Assembly: GCA_963696385.1 (NCBI GenBank)
Contig: CAVOKF010000006.1
Location: forward strand, 288,001 to 352,000
Length of the DNA stretch: 64,000 nucleotides
From: an uncultured delta proteobacterium
GTDB lineage: Bacteria > Myxococcota_A > Polyangia > Polyangiales > Polyangiaceae
Reading direction: 5' to 3'
Shown: one piece after another, positions 29,074 through 39,260 of the stretch
How the letters are laid out: every line of letters starts with the position of its first letter
How positions within the stretch are numbered: the stretch's first letter is position 1
Translations under genes and position numbers: made by a program
The notes under the pieces: model-generated
The model's input: only the letters and a program-made list of their open reading frames with translations
Database searches by the model: none
What the model was told of the DNA's origin: nothing

Positions 29074-29826
29074 CTACTTGCGTGCACAAAGTCGATATCC
29101 GACGCCGGGCTCCGTCAGCAGGTATCGCGGATGGGCGGCATTTTGCTCGAGCTTTTGACGGAGCTGCGCCATGTAGACGCGCACGTATTGTGTCGCGCTC
29201 GCGTACCGCGGTCCCCACGTGCTTTCCAGGAGCTGCCGGTGGGTCAACACGCAGCCTCGATGGCGCATGAGCGTGGCGAGCAGCTTGTACTCCGTCGGCG
29301 TGAGGTGGACCTCGCGGTCGGCCGCCCAAACGAGTCGCCGACCGAGGTCGATCCGGATGTCGCCCACTTCGAGGATCGATTCTTCTGGACCTGGGGCGAC
29401 GCGTGCCGTGTGACGGAGCCAGACGTGCACGCGCGCGAGCAACTCGCCATGGGAGAAGGGCTTGGTCAGGTAGTCGTTCGCCCCGGCGTCGAGAACGGCG
29501 ACCTTGTCCTGTTCTTGCCCGCGCGCGGAAATGACGAGAATGGGCGCGACCATCCACTCGCGCAGGCGCCGCGTAACCTCGATTCCGTCCGAGTCCGGGA
29601 GACCCAGATCGAGAAGAACGAGGTCGGGATTGTAGGCGGCTGCGCGCTCGAGCGCCTCGGCGCCCGAGGTCGCTTCCACCGTGCGCATTCCGTCGGCGCT
29701 CAGAACGATTTGAAGCAGCCGTTGCATGGGCGATTCGTCGTCCACCACGAGCGCCAGGGGGCCGGCGCTCGTGGCCTTCGGGTGCTTGCGCTCCTCGGAC
29801 GCTGTGACGTTGGCGGGATCGAGCAT
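29074..29826 (-). CDS. kdpE: Second KdpE-like response regulator
   Basis: LLDLGLPDSDGIEVTRRLREW, YLTKPF, YLLTEPGVGYRL; clear paralogue of 20627-21316. Confidence 0.88.
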   Translation of the reverse strand: MLDPANVTASEERKHPKATSAGPLALVVDDESPMQRLLQIVLSADGMRTVEATSGAEALERAAAYNPDLVLLDLGLPDSDGIEVTRRLREWMVAPILVISARGQEQDKVAVLDAGANDYLTKPFSHGELLARVHVWLRHTARVAPGPEESILEVGDIRIDLGRRLVWAADREVHLTPTEYKLLATLMRHRGCVLTHRQLLESTWGPRYASATQYVRVYMAQLRQKLEQNAAHPRYLLTEPGVGYRLCARK

Positions 29827-29911
29827 GTTGCCTCCGACATCGGGCGGTGTCCCGAACGTCGCTTTGGGCGAAGAGTTCGGAAAATGGGATCGTGGGCAAT
29901 GCCTTCGGTCG

Positions 29912-30187
29912 TTACGGTCGAATCGCCCAAGCGATGAATTGGGCCATGAATTTGGCCAGCAGCCACGTCGTGAGCGCGACGAAGAGCGCCAGCGCGAGCA
30001 TGCCTTCGGGCGTCAGGGGGCCTCGCTGCACGTCGCTGCCGACGCGAGCCGCGCAGAGGGCGGAAAGGACCAGCTGGGTCACCCCGATCGCTCGGCCGAG
30101 CCTGGCTCCGTCCACGGGCCCCGTGGCGTCAGAACGGACGACCGGTCTCGAGGGATATGGAGTTCGAAGTGTCGGCATGAGGTTCAT
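29912..30187 (-). CDS. Small two-TM hypothetical protein
   Basis: GGGAGG upstream; two hydrophobic stretches; operator-like box upstream. Confidence 0.5.
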   Translation of the reverse strand: MNLMPTLRTPYPSRPVVRSDATGPVDGARLGRAIGVTQLVLSALCAARVGSDVQRGPLTPEGMLALALFVALTTWLLAKFMAQFIAWAIRP

Positions 30188-30229
30188 GATTTCCCAATCC
30201 TCCCGTCGACCCAAGGTTAAGTGCGGGCC

Positions 30230-30246
30230 GCTAAATGTTTGCTAAA
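30230..30246 (-). promoter_or_regulatory. Putative KdpE-type box upstream of the small ORF and second kdpE
   Basis: Minus strand TTTAGC-aaaca-TTTAGC. Confidence 0.6.
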
Positions 30247-30287
30247 AGCGTGGGTCGTCGGCGTCCTCCTATCGAGGACGGCGTCCA

Positions 30288-30335
30288 TTGACGATTTCTT
30301 GATGTCACGGGCGAAAGCTTGACGACGAATTGATG
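30288..30335 (+). promoter_or_regulatory. Two OmpR/KdpE-type boxes upstream of the Ser/Thr kinase
   Basis: TTGACG-atttc-TTGATG (30288-30304) and TTGACG-acgaa-TTGATG (30319-30335). Confidence 0.65.
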
Positions 30336-30360
30336 GGCGAACGAGTTATCCGAAGGGGGC

Positions 30361-31404
30361 ATGCCCGCATCCATCATCAAGGTCGACGACGCATCTTTGC
30401 TGAGCGACATCCAGACGCCGGCGGTCGAGCGCGCGCCCGCACGCGTCTGCCGGTCGCGCGAACTCGAGCCCGGCGACGTCATCGATGGCTTTCAGATCGT
30501 GCGAGTCGTGGCTCGCTGCGGGATGGGGTCGGTCTTCAAAGCGCACGATCGCGCCACCGGGGCGGCGGTGGTCCTCAAGATTCCGCATATGAGCTTCGAG
30601 AGCGATGTCGTCTTCTATTCGCGATTCCAGCGCGAGGAGAGGATCGGCCTTCGCTTGCGGCATCCGCTCATCGCGCGGGTGATCGCGGTGGCCGAGAAGA
30701 GCCGTCCGTACATCGTCGTCGAGCACGTCGAAGGGCCGTCGCTCTGGCACCTGGTGAGGAGCGAAGGCCGCATGTCGGCCGAGCGCGCTACGGCCATCGG
30801 CAAGCAGCTGTGCGAGGCGCTCGCCCATATGCACTCGCAGGGCGTGGTTCACCGCGACATCAAGCCCGAGAACGTTTTGATCGATTCGGCCGGAACGCCT
30901 CGAATCGTCGACTTCGGGATCGCGCTCGATTACCGCGATCGGCGTCTGACGTGGGGACATCTCTCGAGCCGTCTGGGTACGCCCGAATACATGGCGCCGG
31001 AGCAGATGCGGGGCCGCCGGGGCGACGCCCGCGTGGATGTTTACGCGCTCGGTGCCACGCTCTACGAAATCCTGGCCGGAGCACCTCCGTTCCCGCCGGG
31101 TAGCGTTCGAGATCTCGTGCGGTTGAAGCTCCACCACGAACCGAGACCGCTGACCGAAGTTGCGCCCGACATCGATCCTGCCCTCGCGGGCGTGGTGATG
31201 CGGGCCATCGCCCGCGATCCGCGCGATCGCTTCTCCAGCGCGCTCGACATGCTCGGCGCGCTTTCGGACCCCCGGCGCGCGTCGGCGACGGCCATGCCGG
31301 TGCCCGTACGTCCCAGCCTCACCGGGATTCGAGCGGCCTTGCTTGGCGTTGCCTTTGTCGGCGTCGCGTGGCTGGTGTTCCACATCGTCCAGGCGCACAC
31401 CTGA
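30361..31404 (+). CDS. Ser/Thr protein kinase with C-terminal TM anchor
   Basis: VLK, HRDIKPEN, DFG, GTPEYMAPEQ, DVYALG; terminal hydrophobic helix. Confidence 0.92.
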   Translation: MPASIIKVDDASLLSDIQTPAVERAPARVCRSRELEPGDVIDGFQIVRVVARCGMGSVFKAHDRATGAAVVLKIPHMSFESDVVFYSRFQREERIGLRLRHPLIARVIAVAEKSRPYIVVEHVEGPSLWHLVRSEGRMSAERATAIGKQLCEALAHMHSQGVVHRDIKPENVLIDSAGTPRIVDFGIALDYRDRRLTWGHLSSRLGTPEYMAPEQMRGRRGDARVDVYALGATLYEILAGAPPFPPGSVRDLVRLKLHHEPRPLTEVAPDIDPALAGVVMRAIARDPRDRFSSALDMLGALSDPRRASATAMPVPVRPSLTGIRAALLGVAFVGVAWLVFHIVQAHT

Positions 31405-31462
31405 CGTCGGGAGGGCTCGCGAATGGGCTGAGGAAACCAGGCTGTGTGGCCGGGTCGGAGGA

Positions 31463-32353
31463 TCATCGGCAGGCGACGAAGTCGGCAAAGTCGACGAGCG
31501 TGTCGACGGGAGTCGCCCAGGAGCCGTCGTGCCCACCGAAGAATGTCGAAAAGAACAGAGTGGTCGCGCTCGTCGTATCCCGGCGAAACGTCAGTCCCCT
31601 CGCCTCGAACGTCGGCGGCGCGCTCGGATCGGCGTCGTACCAGACTCGCGCGATTCCGTCGGATTGCCCCGCACCATTCAAGATCAGCTCTTCGGCGATG
31701 CGATGCCACGTGCCCGGTGTGAACGCCCACCTGCCGAGTCCGATCTCGGTACCGTAGGCGCGAGCGGGAAGGATGTACGCGTACAGCTCGCCCGCGCCGC
31801 CGGCGCGCCACATGGAACGGACCGACCAACCCCCCTCGCCCGAGACGAACGCGCCACCGCTCGGGCAGTCGCCGCCGCACACGCCCGGTAACTTTCCGCC
31901 GCGGACCCACGGAAAGGTGGCGTCGAACTTCAACCAGTACGAGACAAAGATCGACGAAGCGTCGCTTGCGTCCGGCAGCGTGGCCTTGAACTCGGCTCCC
32001 CCCACGGGGTGCCCCAGCCGCGCGTAGGAGCTGCTCGAGGAACCGGCGGGATAGTGGACGCGAAGGACCGTGCCGAACCGGGCATCGGGGATGACCTCGA
32101 CGTTGCTTTCGCCGAAGGCGAACCGCGCGCGAGGATCCCAGGTCGCGAGCCAGTTTGGATTGTCGAATCGGCCTCTCCAGATCATCGCCCGATCCGGGGG
32201 GCATTCGACCGAAGTCGGCCGTACCCGATCGGGTGGGTTCGAAAGCAGGGCCGCGCTCGGCTTGCCCCCTCCGGGCGTGCAGCCGGCGAGGGCTGCAGCC
32301 ATGCTGCCGGCGAGGGTCCGCCCCGTCGATCGTGGGCTGCCGAAGCACGTCAC
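31463..32353 (-). CDS. Polysaccharide lyase family 14-like lipoprotein
   Basis: LRVHYPAGS, FPWVRGGKLPG, SVRSMWR, FFSTFFGG; lipobox LAGC. Confidence 0.8.
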   Translation of the reverse strand: MTCFGSPRSTGRTLAGSMAAALAGCTPGGGKPSAALLSNPPDRVRPTSVECPPDRAMIWRGRFDNPNWLATWDPRARFAFGESNVEVIPDARFGTVLRVHYPAGSSSSSYARLGHPVGGAEFKATLPDASDASSIFVSYWLKFDATFPWVRGGKLPGVCGGDCPSGGAFVSGEGGWSVRSMWRAGGAGELYAYILPARAYGTEIGLGRWAFTPGTWHRIAEELILNGAGQSDGIARVWYDADPSAPPTFEARGLTFRRDTTSATTLFFSTFFGGHDGSWATPVDTLVDFADFVACR

Positions 32354-32365
32354 GGCGGCTGCCGG

Positions 32366-34096
32366 TTACGGCGCGGCGTACGGGTCCTTCGCCTCGATCG
32401 GTCGCAACGGCGCGTGGCCGCCGCTCAGAGCGACATCCGGCTCGCTGAGCGCGCTGGCGATGGGCCTTATCGCCTTCTCCGGCGGCGGCGCAGGCGCAGG
32501 CGCAGCCGCAGGCGCTTCGGGCGCTGCGACCGGTGGGGTCGGCCGCGGCGGCGGCGGAGCCGCCGGAGGGCTTGGGGGCGCCGCGGGCCAGATATGGCGA
32601 TCGAGCTCGAGGTCGACCATCGTGTCGGCCGTGAGGGTCACCTCTTTGGTCTTGGGCTCGTAGCCCCACGCGCGTGCGACGATCCGGTGCGTGCTTCGGT
32701 CCTTGGGGTAGGAAGCGACAAACGGATTGTCCACGACCTTGTCGTCGATGGCGATTCGCGCGGTCGAGGGCGACACTCGGACGACGAGCTCGACCCGCTC
32801 GGGTCCGGTCGGCGCAGGGGCGAGAGTGACAGCGGCAGGGGCATCGTTATGCGCCGTCACGGGGGGCGGCGCGATCTCCGGTGCAACGAGGGCCGTACTG
32901 TCGTGTCCGTTGCGCTTTCCCACGGTAGCCAGGGTGGTCAGGGCGACTACGGCCGCGACCGCGACGGCGGCGGCGCTCGCGATCGAAAGCCATCGGCGCG
33001 TCGTGGCCGGCGATTTCGGTGTGTCCATCTTTGCACCCTCGGTGTCGTCGCCCTGACTGCCCAAAGCCAGGGACGTGAGCAGCTGGCTGCCCACTTCGGG
33101 CGTGTCTGCGGCAGAACTCGGCGGTGGAGCGGAGGGCGGTGCGCTGAGAGATGGCGGCCTTTCGCTCAGGCCCATGCGAAACGCCGGCGTCATCGACGCC
33201 GCCCGCTCGGCGACGATCCGCGCCCGCGGTGTCGCGAAAGGCAACAAGGCCGTCGCGAGCTCTCCCGCGCTCGAGAAGCGCTCTTCCCGATCCTTGGCCA
33301 GACAGCGATCGACCACCTGGTCGAGCTCCGCCGGCACGTCCGATCGAACGTCCCGAACCCGCGGCGCCGGCTTGTCGAGGATGGCCGTGATGAGCTCCGG
33401 CAGGCTCTGCGACGCGTCGAACGCCGCGTGTCCGACCAGCAGCTCGTAGAGCGTTGCGCCGAGTGACCACAGGTCGGTCCGCTGATCGACCGTTGCGGTC
33501 GCGCGCAGCTGCTCCGGCGACATGTAACAGGGTGACCCGATGATCACGCCGGTCGCGACGTTGCCCCCATCGGCAAAAGCGACTTTCGAGATTCCGAAAT
33601 CAAGAATCTTGATGGCATTCCAGCCGGGCGCGCGCTCGACCAAGAATAGATTATACGGCTTGATATCGCGATGAACGATTCTGCGCGAGTGAGCCTCTGC
33701 AAGACCCTCGCACGCCTGTATCGCGTACTCGACGGCGCTTGCCACGTCCAAGCGGCCGAGCGTTTGCAGCGTGCGCGCGAGGCTCTGGCCCTCGAGGTAC
33801 TCCATGGCCATGTAAGGCGTGCCGTCCTCGGTGGCGCCAGCATCGATCACGCGCGCGACGTACTCGCTCCGAAGCTGAGCCGCGGCCTTGGCTTCGCGCG
33901 TGAAGCGCGCGAGGGCGTCGAGCTGCATGTTGACCCCGCCGCGCAGGAATTTCAGCGCAACGGACTGTTCGAGATGCAGGTGCGTCGCCGCCACGACGAC
34001 GCCCATTCCACCTTCCGCCAGGATGCGGTCGATACGGTATTTGCCTGCGACGATACTTCCGATTTCGACAGCAAGCCGCGAACTAGCGTTAGCCAT
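32366..34096 (-). CDS. Membrane Ser/Thr protein kinase with PEGA-like extracellular part
   Basis: EGGMG, ALK, HRDIKP, DFG, YMSPEQ; TM; Pro-rich tail. Confidence 0.93.
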   Translation of the reverse strand: MANASSRLAVEIGSIVAGKYRIDRILAEGGMGVVVAATHLHLEQSVALKFLRGGVNMQLDALARFTREAKAAAQLRSEYVARVIDAGATEDGTPYMAMEYLEGQSLARTLQTLGRLDVASAVEYAIQACEGLAEAHSRRIVHRDIKPYNLFLVERAPGWNAIKILDFGISKVAFADGGNVATGVIIGSPCYMSPEQLRATATVDQRTDLWSLGATLYELLVGHAAFDASQSLPELITAILDKPAPRVRDVRSDVPAELDQVVDRCLAKDREERFSSAGELATALLPFATPRARIVAERAASMTPAFRMGLSERPPSLSAPPSAPPPSSAADTPEVGSQLLTSLALGSQGDDTEGAKMDTPKSPATTRRWLSIASAAAVAVAAVVALTTLATVGKRNGHDSTALVAPEIAPPPVTAHNDAPAAVTLAPAPTGPERVELVVRVSPSTARIAIDDKVVDNPFVASYPKDRSTHRIVARAWGYEPKTKEVTLTADTMVDLELDRHIWPAAPPSPPAAPPPPRPTPPVAAPEAPAAAPAPAPPPEKAIRPIASALSEPDVALSGGHAPLRPIEAKDPYAAP

Positions 34097-34303
34097 ACGA
34101 TTCACCGTTGCCGCGATTCACCGTTGCGCGATTAACCGTTGCGCGGATCGGCCGCCACGCCCCGCCAACGATGGCTATACATCGATAGGTAGGGCGCTTG
34201 CAAGCATCGGTGACCCGTCGTCAGGCCCGATTCGCATTCGCCGAATTGGTGGGCCGACCGGCGGGGGTGTCGACATCTCGGCGGATGTGCTACTGATCCA
34301 CTC

Positions 34304-35884
34304 ATGGAGCAGGCAGGGTCACCGTCTCCTGCCGTCGTGGGCCAGATCATCGCGGGCAAATTCCGCATCGACCGCGTTTTGGCGGAAGGCGGCATGGGGC
34401 TCGTCGTTGCCGCCGTCCACCTTCATCTCGACCAAGTCGTCGCCATCAAGCTACCTCGTCGGGACATCTGCAGCGACGAAGAAGCGCTCGGTCGCTTCAC
34501 GCGCGAAGCGAAAGCGGCCGCGCAATTGAGGAGCGAGCACGTGGCGCGCGTGCTCGACGCCGGCGTCACCGAGGACGGAGGCCCCTATCTGGTCATGGAG
34601 TACCTCGAGGGCCAGAGCCTTGCCCGGCTGCTCGAGATGCACGGGCCCTTGGACGTGCCGACCGCCACCGAATACGCGATTCAGGTGTGCGAGGGTCTGG
34701 CCGAGGCCCACGCGCGCGGCATCGTGCATCGTGACGTCAAGCCCGGCAATCTCTTCCTCGTCGAGCGGGCTCCTGGATGGCATACGGTCAAGCTGCTCGA
34801 TTTCGGAATTTCGAAAGCTTCGTGGGTCGGGAAAGGCAATCTCGAGACGAGCATCATCATGGGCTCTCCCTGTTACATGTCTCCGGAGCAGCTGCGGTCG
34901 ACGGCTACGGTCGATCAACGCACCGATCTGTGGTCGCTCGGGGTCACGCTGTACGAGCTTCTGGCGGGGCGAAGCCCGTTCGACGGTGCCCAGCCGCTGG
35001 CCGATCTGTTCGTGACGATTCTCGAGCGGCCCGCGCCGAACCTCCGCGAGGTCCGTCCCGATGTCCCCGAAGCCCTCGCGGCGATCGTCGCGCGTTGCCT
35101 CGAGAGGGACCTCGACCAGCGCTTTCAAACCGCTGCCGAAGTCGCGAAGGCACTCGTCACGTTTGCGCCGGCGCGCGCCCGACACATCGCGTCGCGCGCC
35201 GAGTCGATGCCGGCCATCCTGCGCGGCCGCCACGCCGCCGCCGAACGCTCGGCACGCGCGCCGGGCGACGGGCCGGGCTCGGACCGCGACCGTCGGCCGG
35301 TGCCCGTCCCCGAGCCTCGCGGCAAGGAGCCGAGCGCCGTGAGCATCGTGCCCCCGGTGAGCTTTCGCATCACGGCCAAGGCGTGGCAGTCGACGTTGCT
35401 CGGTCCGCGGGCGGCCGCGATCGCGGCCTCGGGTGCCTTGATCCTTCTGGCCGTCGCGATCGTTGCGCGGCCCCGCACGAAACGCGAAAATCCGCACGCC
35501 GCGCTGGCGATGATTGCGGCAGCGCCCCCGTCCTCGGGTTCGGCTGCCGCTCCGGAAGCACGCCCGCTCCAGACGCCGCCATCCAACGAGCCGGTGGTCG
35601 CGCCGTCTGCGTCGCCGACGGTCCCGCTCGACAGCCCCGCCGTCGTGGGCGGCCCTGTTCGCGCGAGCGCCCCGACGATCGCCCTTCACGTCGCGGCGCC
35701 GCCGCCGCCCCCGCCACCGCCACGACGAGCGCCCCCTTCCGGTTTGGCGCCGACGCCGGTGACGGGTCGGGCCATAGCCGTACCGGCCCTCAAAACTCCG
35801 GTCGCTTCGCCGGAGATCGATCCCCGAGGTGGGCACGCGGTCCGGCGGCCCATCGAATCGAACAATCCTTACGCGACTCCGTAG
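34304..35884 (+). CDS. Membrane Ser/Thr protein kinase
   Basis: EGGMG, AIK, HRDVKPGN, DFG, YMSPEQ; TM; Pro-rich tail. Confidence 0.93.
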   Translation: MEQAGSPSPAVVGQIIAGKFRIDRVLAEGGMGLVVAAVHLHLDQVVAIKLPRRDICSDEEALGRFTREAKAAAQLRSEHVARVLDAGVTEDGGPYLVMEYLEGQSLARLLEMHGPLDVPTATEYAIQVCEGLAEAHARGIVHRDVKPGNLFLVERAPGWHTVKLLDFGISKASWVGKGNLETSIIMGSPCYMSPEQLRSTATVDQRTDLWSLGVTLYELLAGRSPFDGAQPLADLFVTILERPAPNLREVRPDVPEALAAIVARCLERDLDQRFQTAAEVAKALVTFAPARARHIASRAESMPAILRGRHAAAERSARAPGDGPGSDRDRRPVPVPEPRGKEPSAVSIVPPVSFRITAKAWQSTLLGPRAAAIAASGALILLAVAIVARPRTKRENPHAALAMIAAAPPSSGSAAAPEARPLQTPPSNEPVVAPSASPTVPLDSPAVVGGPVRASAPTIALHVAAPPPPPPPPRRAPPSGLAPTPVTGRAIAVPALKTPVASPEIDPRGGHAVRRPIESNNPYATP

Positions 35885-35967
35885 ACGTCGCAATATGCTC
35901 TAACTTCGTACGATGTAGGAGGCGATCGAGCGTCGCTTGTCTGCCTTATCGATCGTAGCTTGTCGAG

Positions 35968-38022
35968 ATGGGTGGGCCACTCGATCGAGTGAAGTCGTTC
36001 GTCGCGCGGGCCATGGCCGTTCCCGCGATGAGCGATCCCGCGGATGCCATCTCGGCGTCGCTCGTGGCGCGCACGATCGATGTTCTTCTGGTCGGCGTGA
36101 TCGTGTTTTGGGCCGTGGCGGCTCTGGCCGGCAGGCTGCTCGACCTGAGCGTCGTCACGCTCTTGGCCGGGTTTGTCATGCTGATCGTGCTGCGGTGGCT
36201 TCTCGGTCGCGGTCACGTTCGGAGCGTTGGGTACGTCCTCTGCAGCCTGGGATGGCTGCTGGTGGGCACCGATCTGCAGCAGCACGGACCCGACACGATT
36301 GCCGTGGGCGGCTACGTCGTTCTGATTGTGGTCGGCGGGTTGACGCTCGGATTGCGCGGTGCCGTGGCGCTGACGGCAGCCACAGTGGCGCTGCTCGCTC
36401 CGTTTTTGCTCGGGGCCGTTCGGGGCGGGTTTGTCGTACCCACGGGTCGAGACCGACTCATCCATTACACGACCCAGCTCGTGCTGGCTGGAACGCTCGC
36501 CGGTTGGTGGGCCAGCCGGACTCGCCGCCTGATGACCGATCTGCGGCGATCGGAGATGCGCCGCGCGCTTCTCCTCGATGAATCGCCCGACTCGATCGTC
36601 AGCGCCGACGCCACCGGCGTGATGACGTTTCAGAACCGTGCGACCGTCCGCATGCTCGGCTATCCCGCCAGTGAGATCGTGGGTCGCCCCTGGTTCGAGC
36701 TGCCGCCGCTGCGTGGCATCGACGCGGGCGACCTCGCTTGCCAGTTCAGCCGGTGGGCGAAAAACGGCAACCTGCCGACCGAAGAGATCACGCTCTTGCA
36801 CAGGGACGGGCACCCGGTCGTCGTCGACGTGAAGGGCATGCCGCTCTACGAAGACGGCAAGATGGTCGGTTCCGTAGCGATTCTCCGCGACATCACGGCG
36901 CGCAAGAAGGCGGAGGCGGAGCGAGCGTCGCTCCAGCGACAGCTCGCAAGCGCGCAGCGGCTGGAAGCCGTGGGGCGGGTGGCGGGCGGCGTCGCGCACG
37001 ACTTCAACAATCTGCTCACCATCATCCTCGCGGCCGCGGACACGGGAGACTCCGCCGCGATGGATGACATCCGCGAAGCGGCTCGGCGTGGCGTTACGCT
37101 CACGCGCCAGTTGCTCACGTTCGGCGGGCGAAAGTCGAATGATCCGCGCCCGGTCGACATCCATCAGGCGATGCTCTCGCTCCGTCCGATGCTCGCGCGG
37201 GTTCTCGGCGCGGATGTGACACTCGATCTGCGCTTCGCGAAGGCGGTTGCCGCCGTCGTCATCGACCCGGGTCAGCTGGACCAGGTGCTCGTCAACCTGG
37301 CGGCCAATGCGCGCGATGCGATGCCGAGCGGAGGGACGCTCACGTTCGCGACCGAGTTGAAGGGCGATTGCGTCGAGCTGCAGGTCGCCGATACGGGGTC
37401 GGGGATGGACGCGACGACGTTGGCCTCGGCCTTCGAGCCCTTCTTCACGACCAAGGGAGATCGGGGCACGGGTCTCGGGCTCGCCGTCGTGCACAACATC
37501 GTCGAGCAGGCGCGCGGCACGATCGGCTGCACGAGCGAACCCGGTCGCGGTACGACCTTCACGCTCCGGTTGCCCATGAGCGACGCAGTCCCCCCGACAC
37601 CCGTGGCTCCGCCACGAAGCCTCGGTGCCCGCCCACAGCGCATCGTCTTGGTGGACGACGATGCGCTCGTGCGTCACGTCGTCGTTCGCGCCCTCAAGCG
37701 CGCGGGTTTCCAGGTGGACGCGTTCGATGGCGGCCAGGACGTTTCGGCGATCGAAGCGCGTCTCGACGGGGCGGATGCCTTGGTGACCGATCTGGTCATG
37801 CCGGGTACGTCGGGAGTCGATCTGGCCTTGGAGCTCCGCAGGCGGCACTGCCAGGTCCCCATCCTCATCGTGTCGGGGTACGCGGAGCACGCCCTGATCC
37901 GTCGCGTACGCGAGGTGCCGGGAGCGAGTTTTCTCGAGAAGCCATTCACCGCGCAAGACGTGGTCGACCGGGTCCTCGAGATCCGGCGCATGCGTGGCGC
38001 GATCGAGGTACGCCCAGGGTAG
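35968..38022 (+). CDS. Hybrid sensor histidine kinase (TM-PAS-HisKA-HATPase-REC)
   Basis: AHDFNNLL, NLAANARDAM, FFTTK...GTGLGL, LVDDD, TDLVMPG, EKPF. Confidence 0.93.
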   Translation: MGGPLDRVKSFVARAMAVPAMSDPADAISASLVARTIDVLLVGVIVFWAVAALAGRLLDLSVVTLLAGFVMLIVLRWLLGRGHVRSVGYVLCSLGWLLVGTDLQQHGPDTIAVGGYVVLIVVGGLTLGLRGAVALTAATVALLAPFLLGAVRGGFVVPTGRDRLIHYTTQLVLAGTLAGWWASRTRRLMTDLRRSEMRRALLLDESPDSIVSADATGVMTFQNRATVRMLGYPASEIVGRPWFELPPLRGIDAGDLACQFSRWAKNGNLPTEEITLLHRDGHPVVVDVKGMPLYEDGKMVGSVAILRDITARKKAEAERASLQRQLASAQRLEAVGRVAGGVAHDFNNLLTIILAAADTGDSAAMDDIREAARRGVTLTRQLLTFGGRKSNDPRPVDIHQAMLSLRPMLARVLGADVTLDLRFAKAVAAVVIDPGQLDQVLVNLAANARDAMPSGGTLTFATELKGDCVELQVADTGSGMDATTLASAFEPFFTTKGDRGTGLGLAVVHNIVEQARGTIGCTSEPGRGTTFTLRLPMSDAVPPTPVAPPRSLGARPQRIVLVDDDALVRHVVVRALKRAGFQVDAFDGGQDVSAIEARLDGADALVTDLVMPGTSGVDLALELRRRHCQVPILIVSGYAEHALIRRVREVPGASFLEKPFTAQDVVDRVLEIRRMRGAIEVRPG

Positions 38023-38075
38023 ATCTCTATGGGCACGACACGCGCCACGCGGACGCGTATCGTGCGCGCACCCCC

Positions 38076-39221
38076 ATGACAGAGGACGTGATCGTCGTCG
38101 GCGCCGGCCCGGCCGGAGCGGCCGCCTCCATCGAACTTGCCCGGTCGGGAGCCTCCGTCGTCTTGCTCGAGGCGGATTCATTTCCGCGCGACAAGACGTG
38201 CGGCTCGGGACTGTCGCCGAACGCCATCGCTTTGGCGGATCGGTTCGGCATCGGCGAAGATCTGCGGCGTCGCGCGTATCCGATCGAGCAAGTCAAAATT
38301 GTCACGCCTGGCGGCCGCTCGATGGTGCTCGCTTCCAAGGCGGCCGCCGTCGTGTTGCTGCGACGCGACTTCGACGAGCTGCTCGTGCGGCGCGCTCAGG
38401 CTCTTGGAGCGAAGTTCCGCGACAACGTGCGCGCCGTGGCGCTCGTCTGCGAGGGCGATCGGGTCGTCGGCGTGCGCACGCGAGCGCACGAGGAGATCCG
38501 GGCGCGCTACGTCGTCTGCGCGGACGGGTCCCACTCGATCTTCTCCATCGATCCTCGGCCCAAGCGGAGCATCAGCACGCTCATGGGATGGTGGGAGGAC
38601 GCCGACTTCACGCCCGGCCAGCTCGAGATGGTCTTCGACTCCGAGCTCATGCCCCTTTACGGATGGCTATTTCCCGAGACCGAGCGGCGCGTCAACATCG
38701 GCATCTGCATGGAGGGGCAGGGCCCCGACGGCCGCAAGACGCCCCTCAACGTACGGCATGTCTTCGATCGGTTCATCGCGAGGCACTACGAAGGCCGTCT
38801 GCGCGGCGCTCGTCCGGTCGGCCGACTCAAGGGTCACCCGATCGTCTACACGCGTTGGGTCGACCGCTGTACCACGCCGGGAGCCCTTTACATCGGAGAG
38901 GCGGCGCGTCTGACGAACTACGCGACCGGCGAAGGAATCTCGCAGGCCATGCAGAGCGGTGTGTACGCCGCCGAGGCCCTGTCGCAAGCGCTCGGGGCAG
39001 AGCGCGACGAGCCGCGGGCGATGCGCGCGTACGTGCGCCGTTTGCGGACGCGCTTTGCGATCGAGCACGCCATCGCCGCGGGGGTCCGGGCGGCCGTCTC
39101 GTCGAGGCTCATCGACGGCGTCGCAGCGCTCTATGGGCACCCCACAGTCCGCCGTGCGGTCGTCCAGGTGCTCGGCTCCGCGCTCGCCGGTTCGTCGGTC
39201 CGTGCCTCGAACGACGGCTAG
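38076..39221 (+). CDS. Geranylgeranyl reductase-family FAD oxidoreductase
   Basis: VGAGPAG, FPRDKTCG, ADG, YGWLFP, IGEAA, TGEGISQAM. Confidence 0.88.
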   Translation: MTEDVIVVGAGPAGAAASIELARSGASVVLLEADSFPRDKTCGSGLSPNAIALADRFGIGEDLRRRAYPIEQVKIVTPGGRSMVLASKAAAVVLLRRDFDELLVRRAQALGAKFRDNVRAVALVCEGDRVVGVRTRAHEEIRARYVVCADGSHSIFSIDPRPKRSISTLMGWWEDADFTPGQLEMVFDSELMPLYGWLFPETERRVNIGICMEGQGPDGRKTPLNVRHVFDRFIARHYEGRLRGARPVGRLKGHPIVYTRWVDRCTTPGALYIGEAARLTNYATGEGISQAMQSGVYAAEALSQALGAERDEPRAMRAYVRRLRTRFAIEHAIAAGVRAAVSSRLIDGVAALYGHPTVRRAVVQVLGSALAGSSVRASNDG

Positions 39222-39260
39222 ACTTGGTCGCGCGAACGCGGCAAGCTGCCGGGCACCGAC

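Noticed and set aside
35869..38181. Long antisense or alternate-frame ORFs (also 775-2247, 12581-14407, 17332-19041, 21586-23364, 46237-48054, 49429-51054)
   Set aside because: Arg/Pro-rich shadow frames of well-supported genes, expected in high-GC DNA
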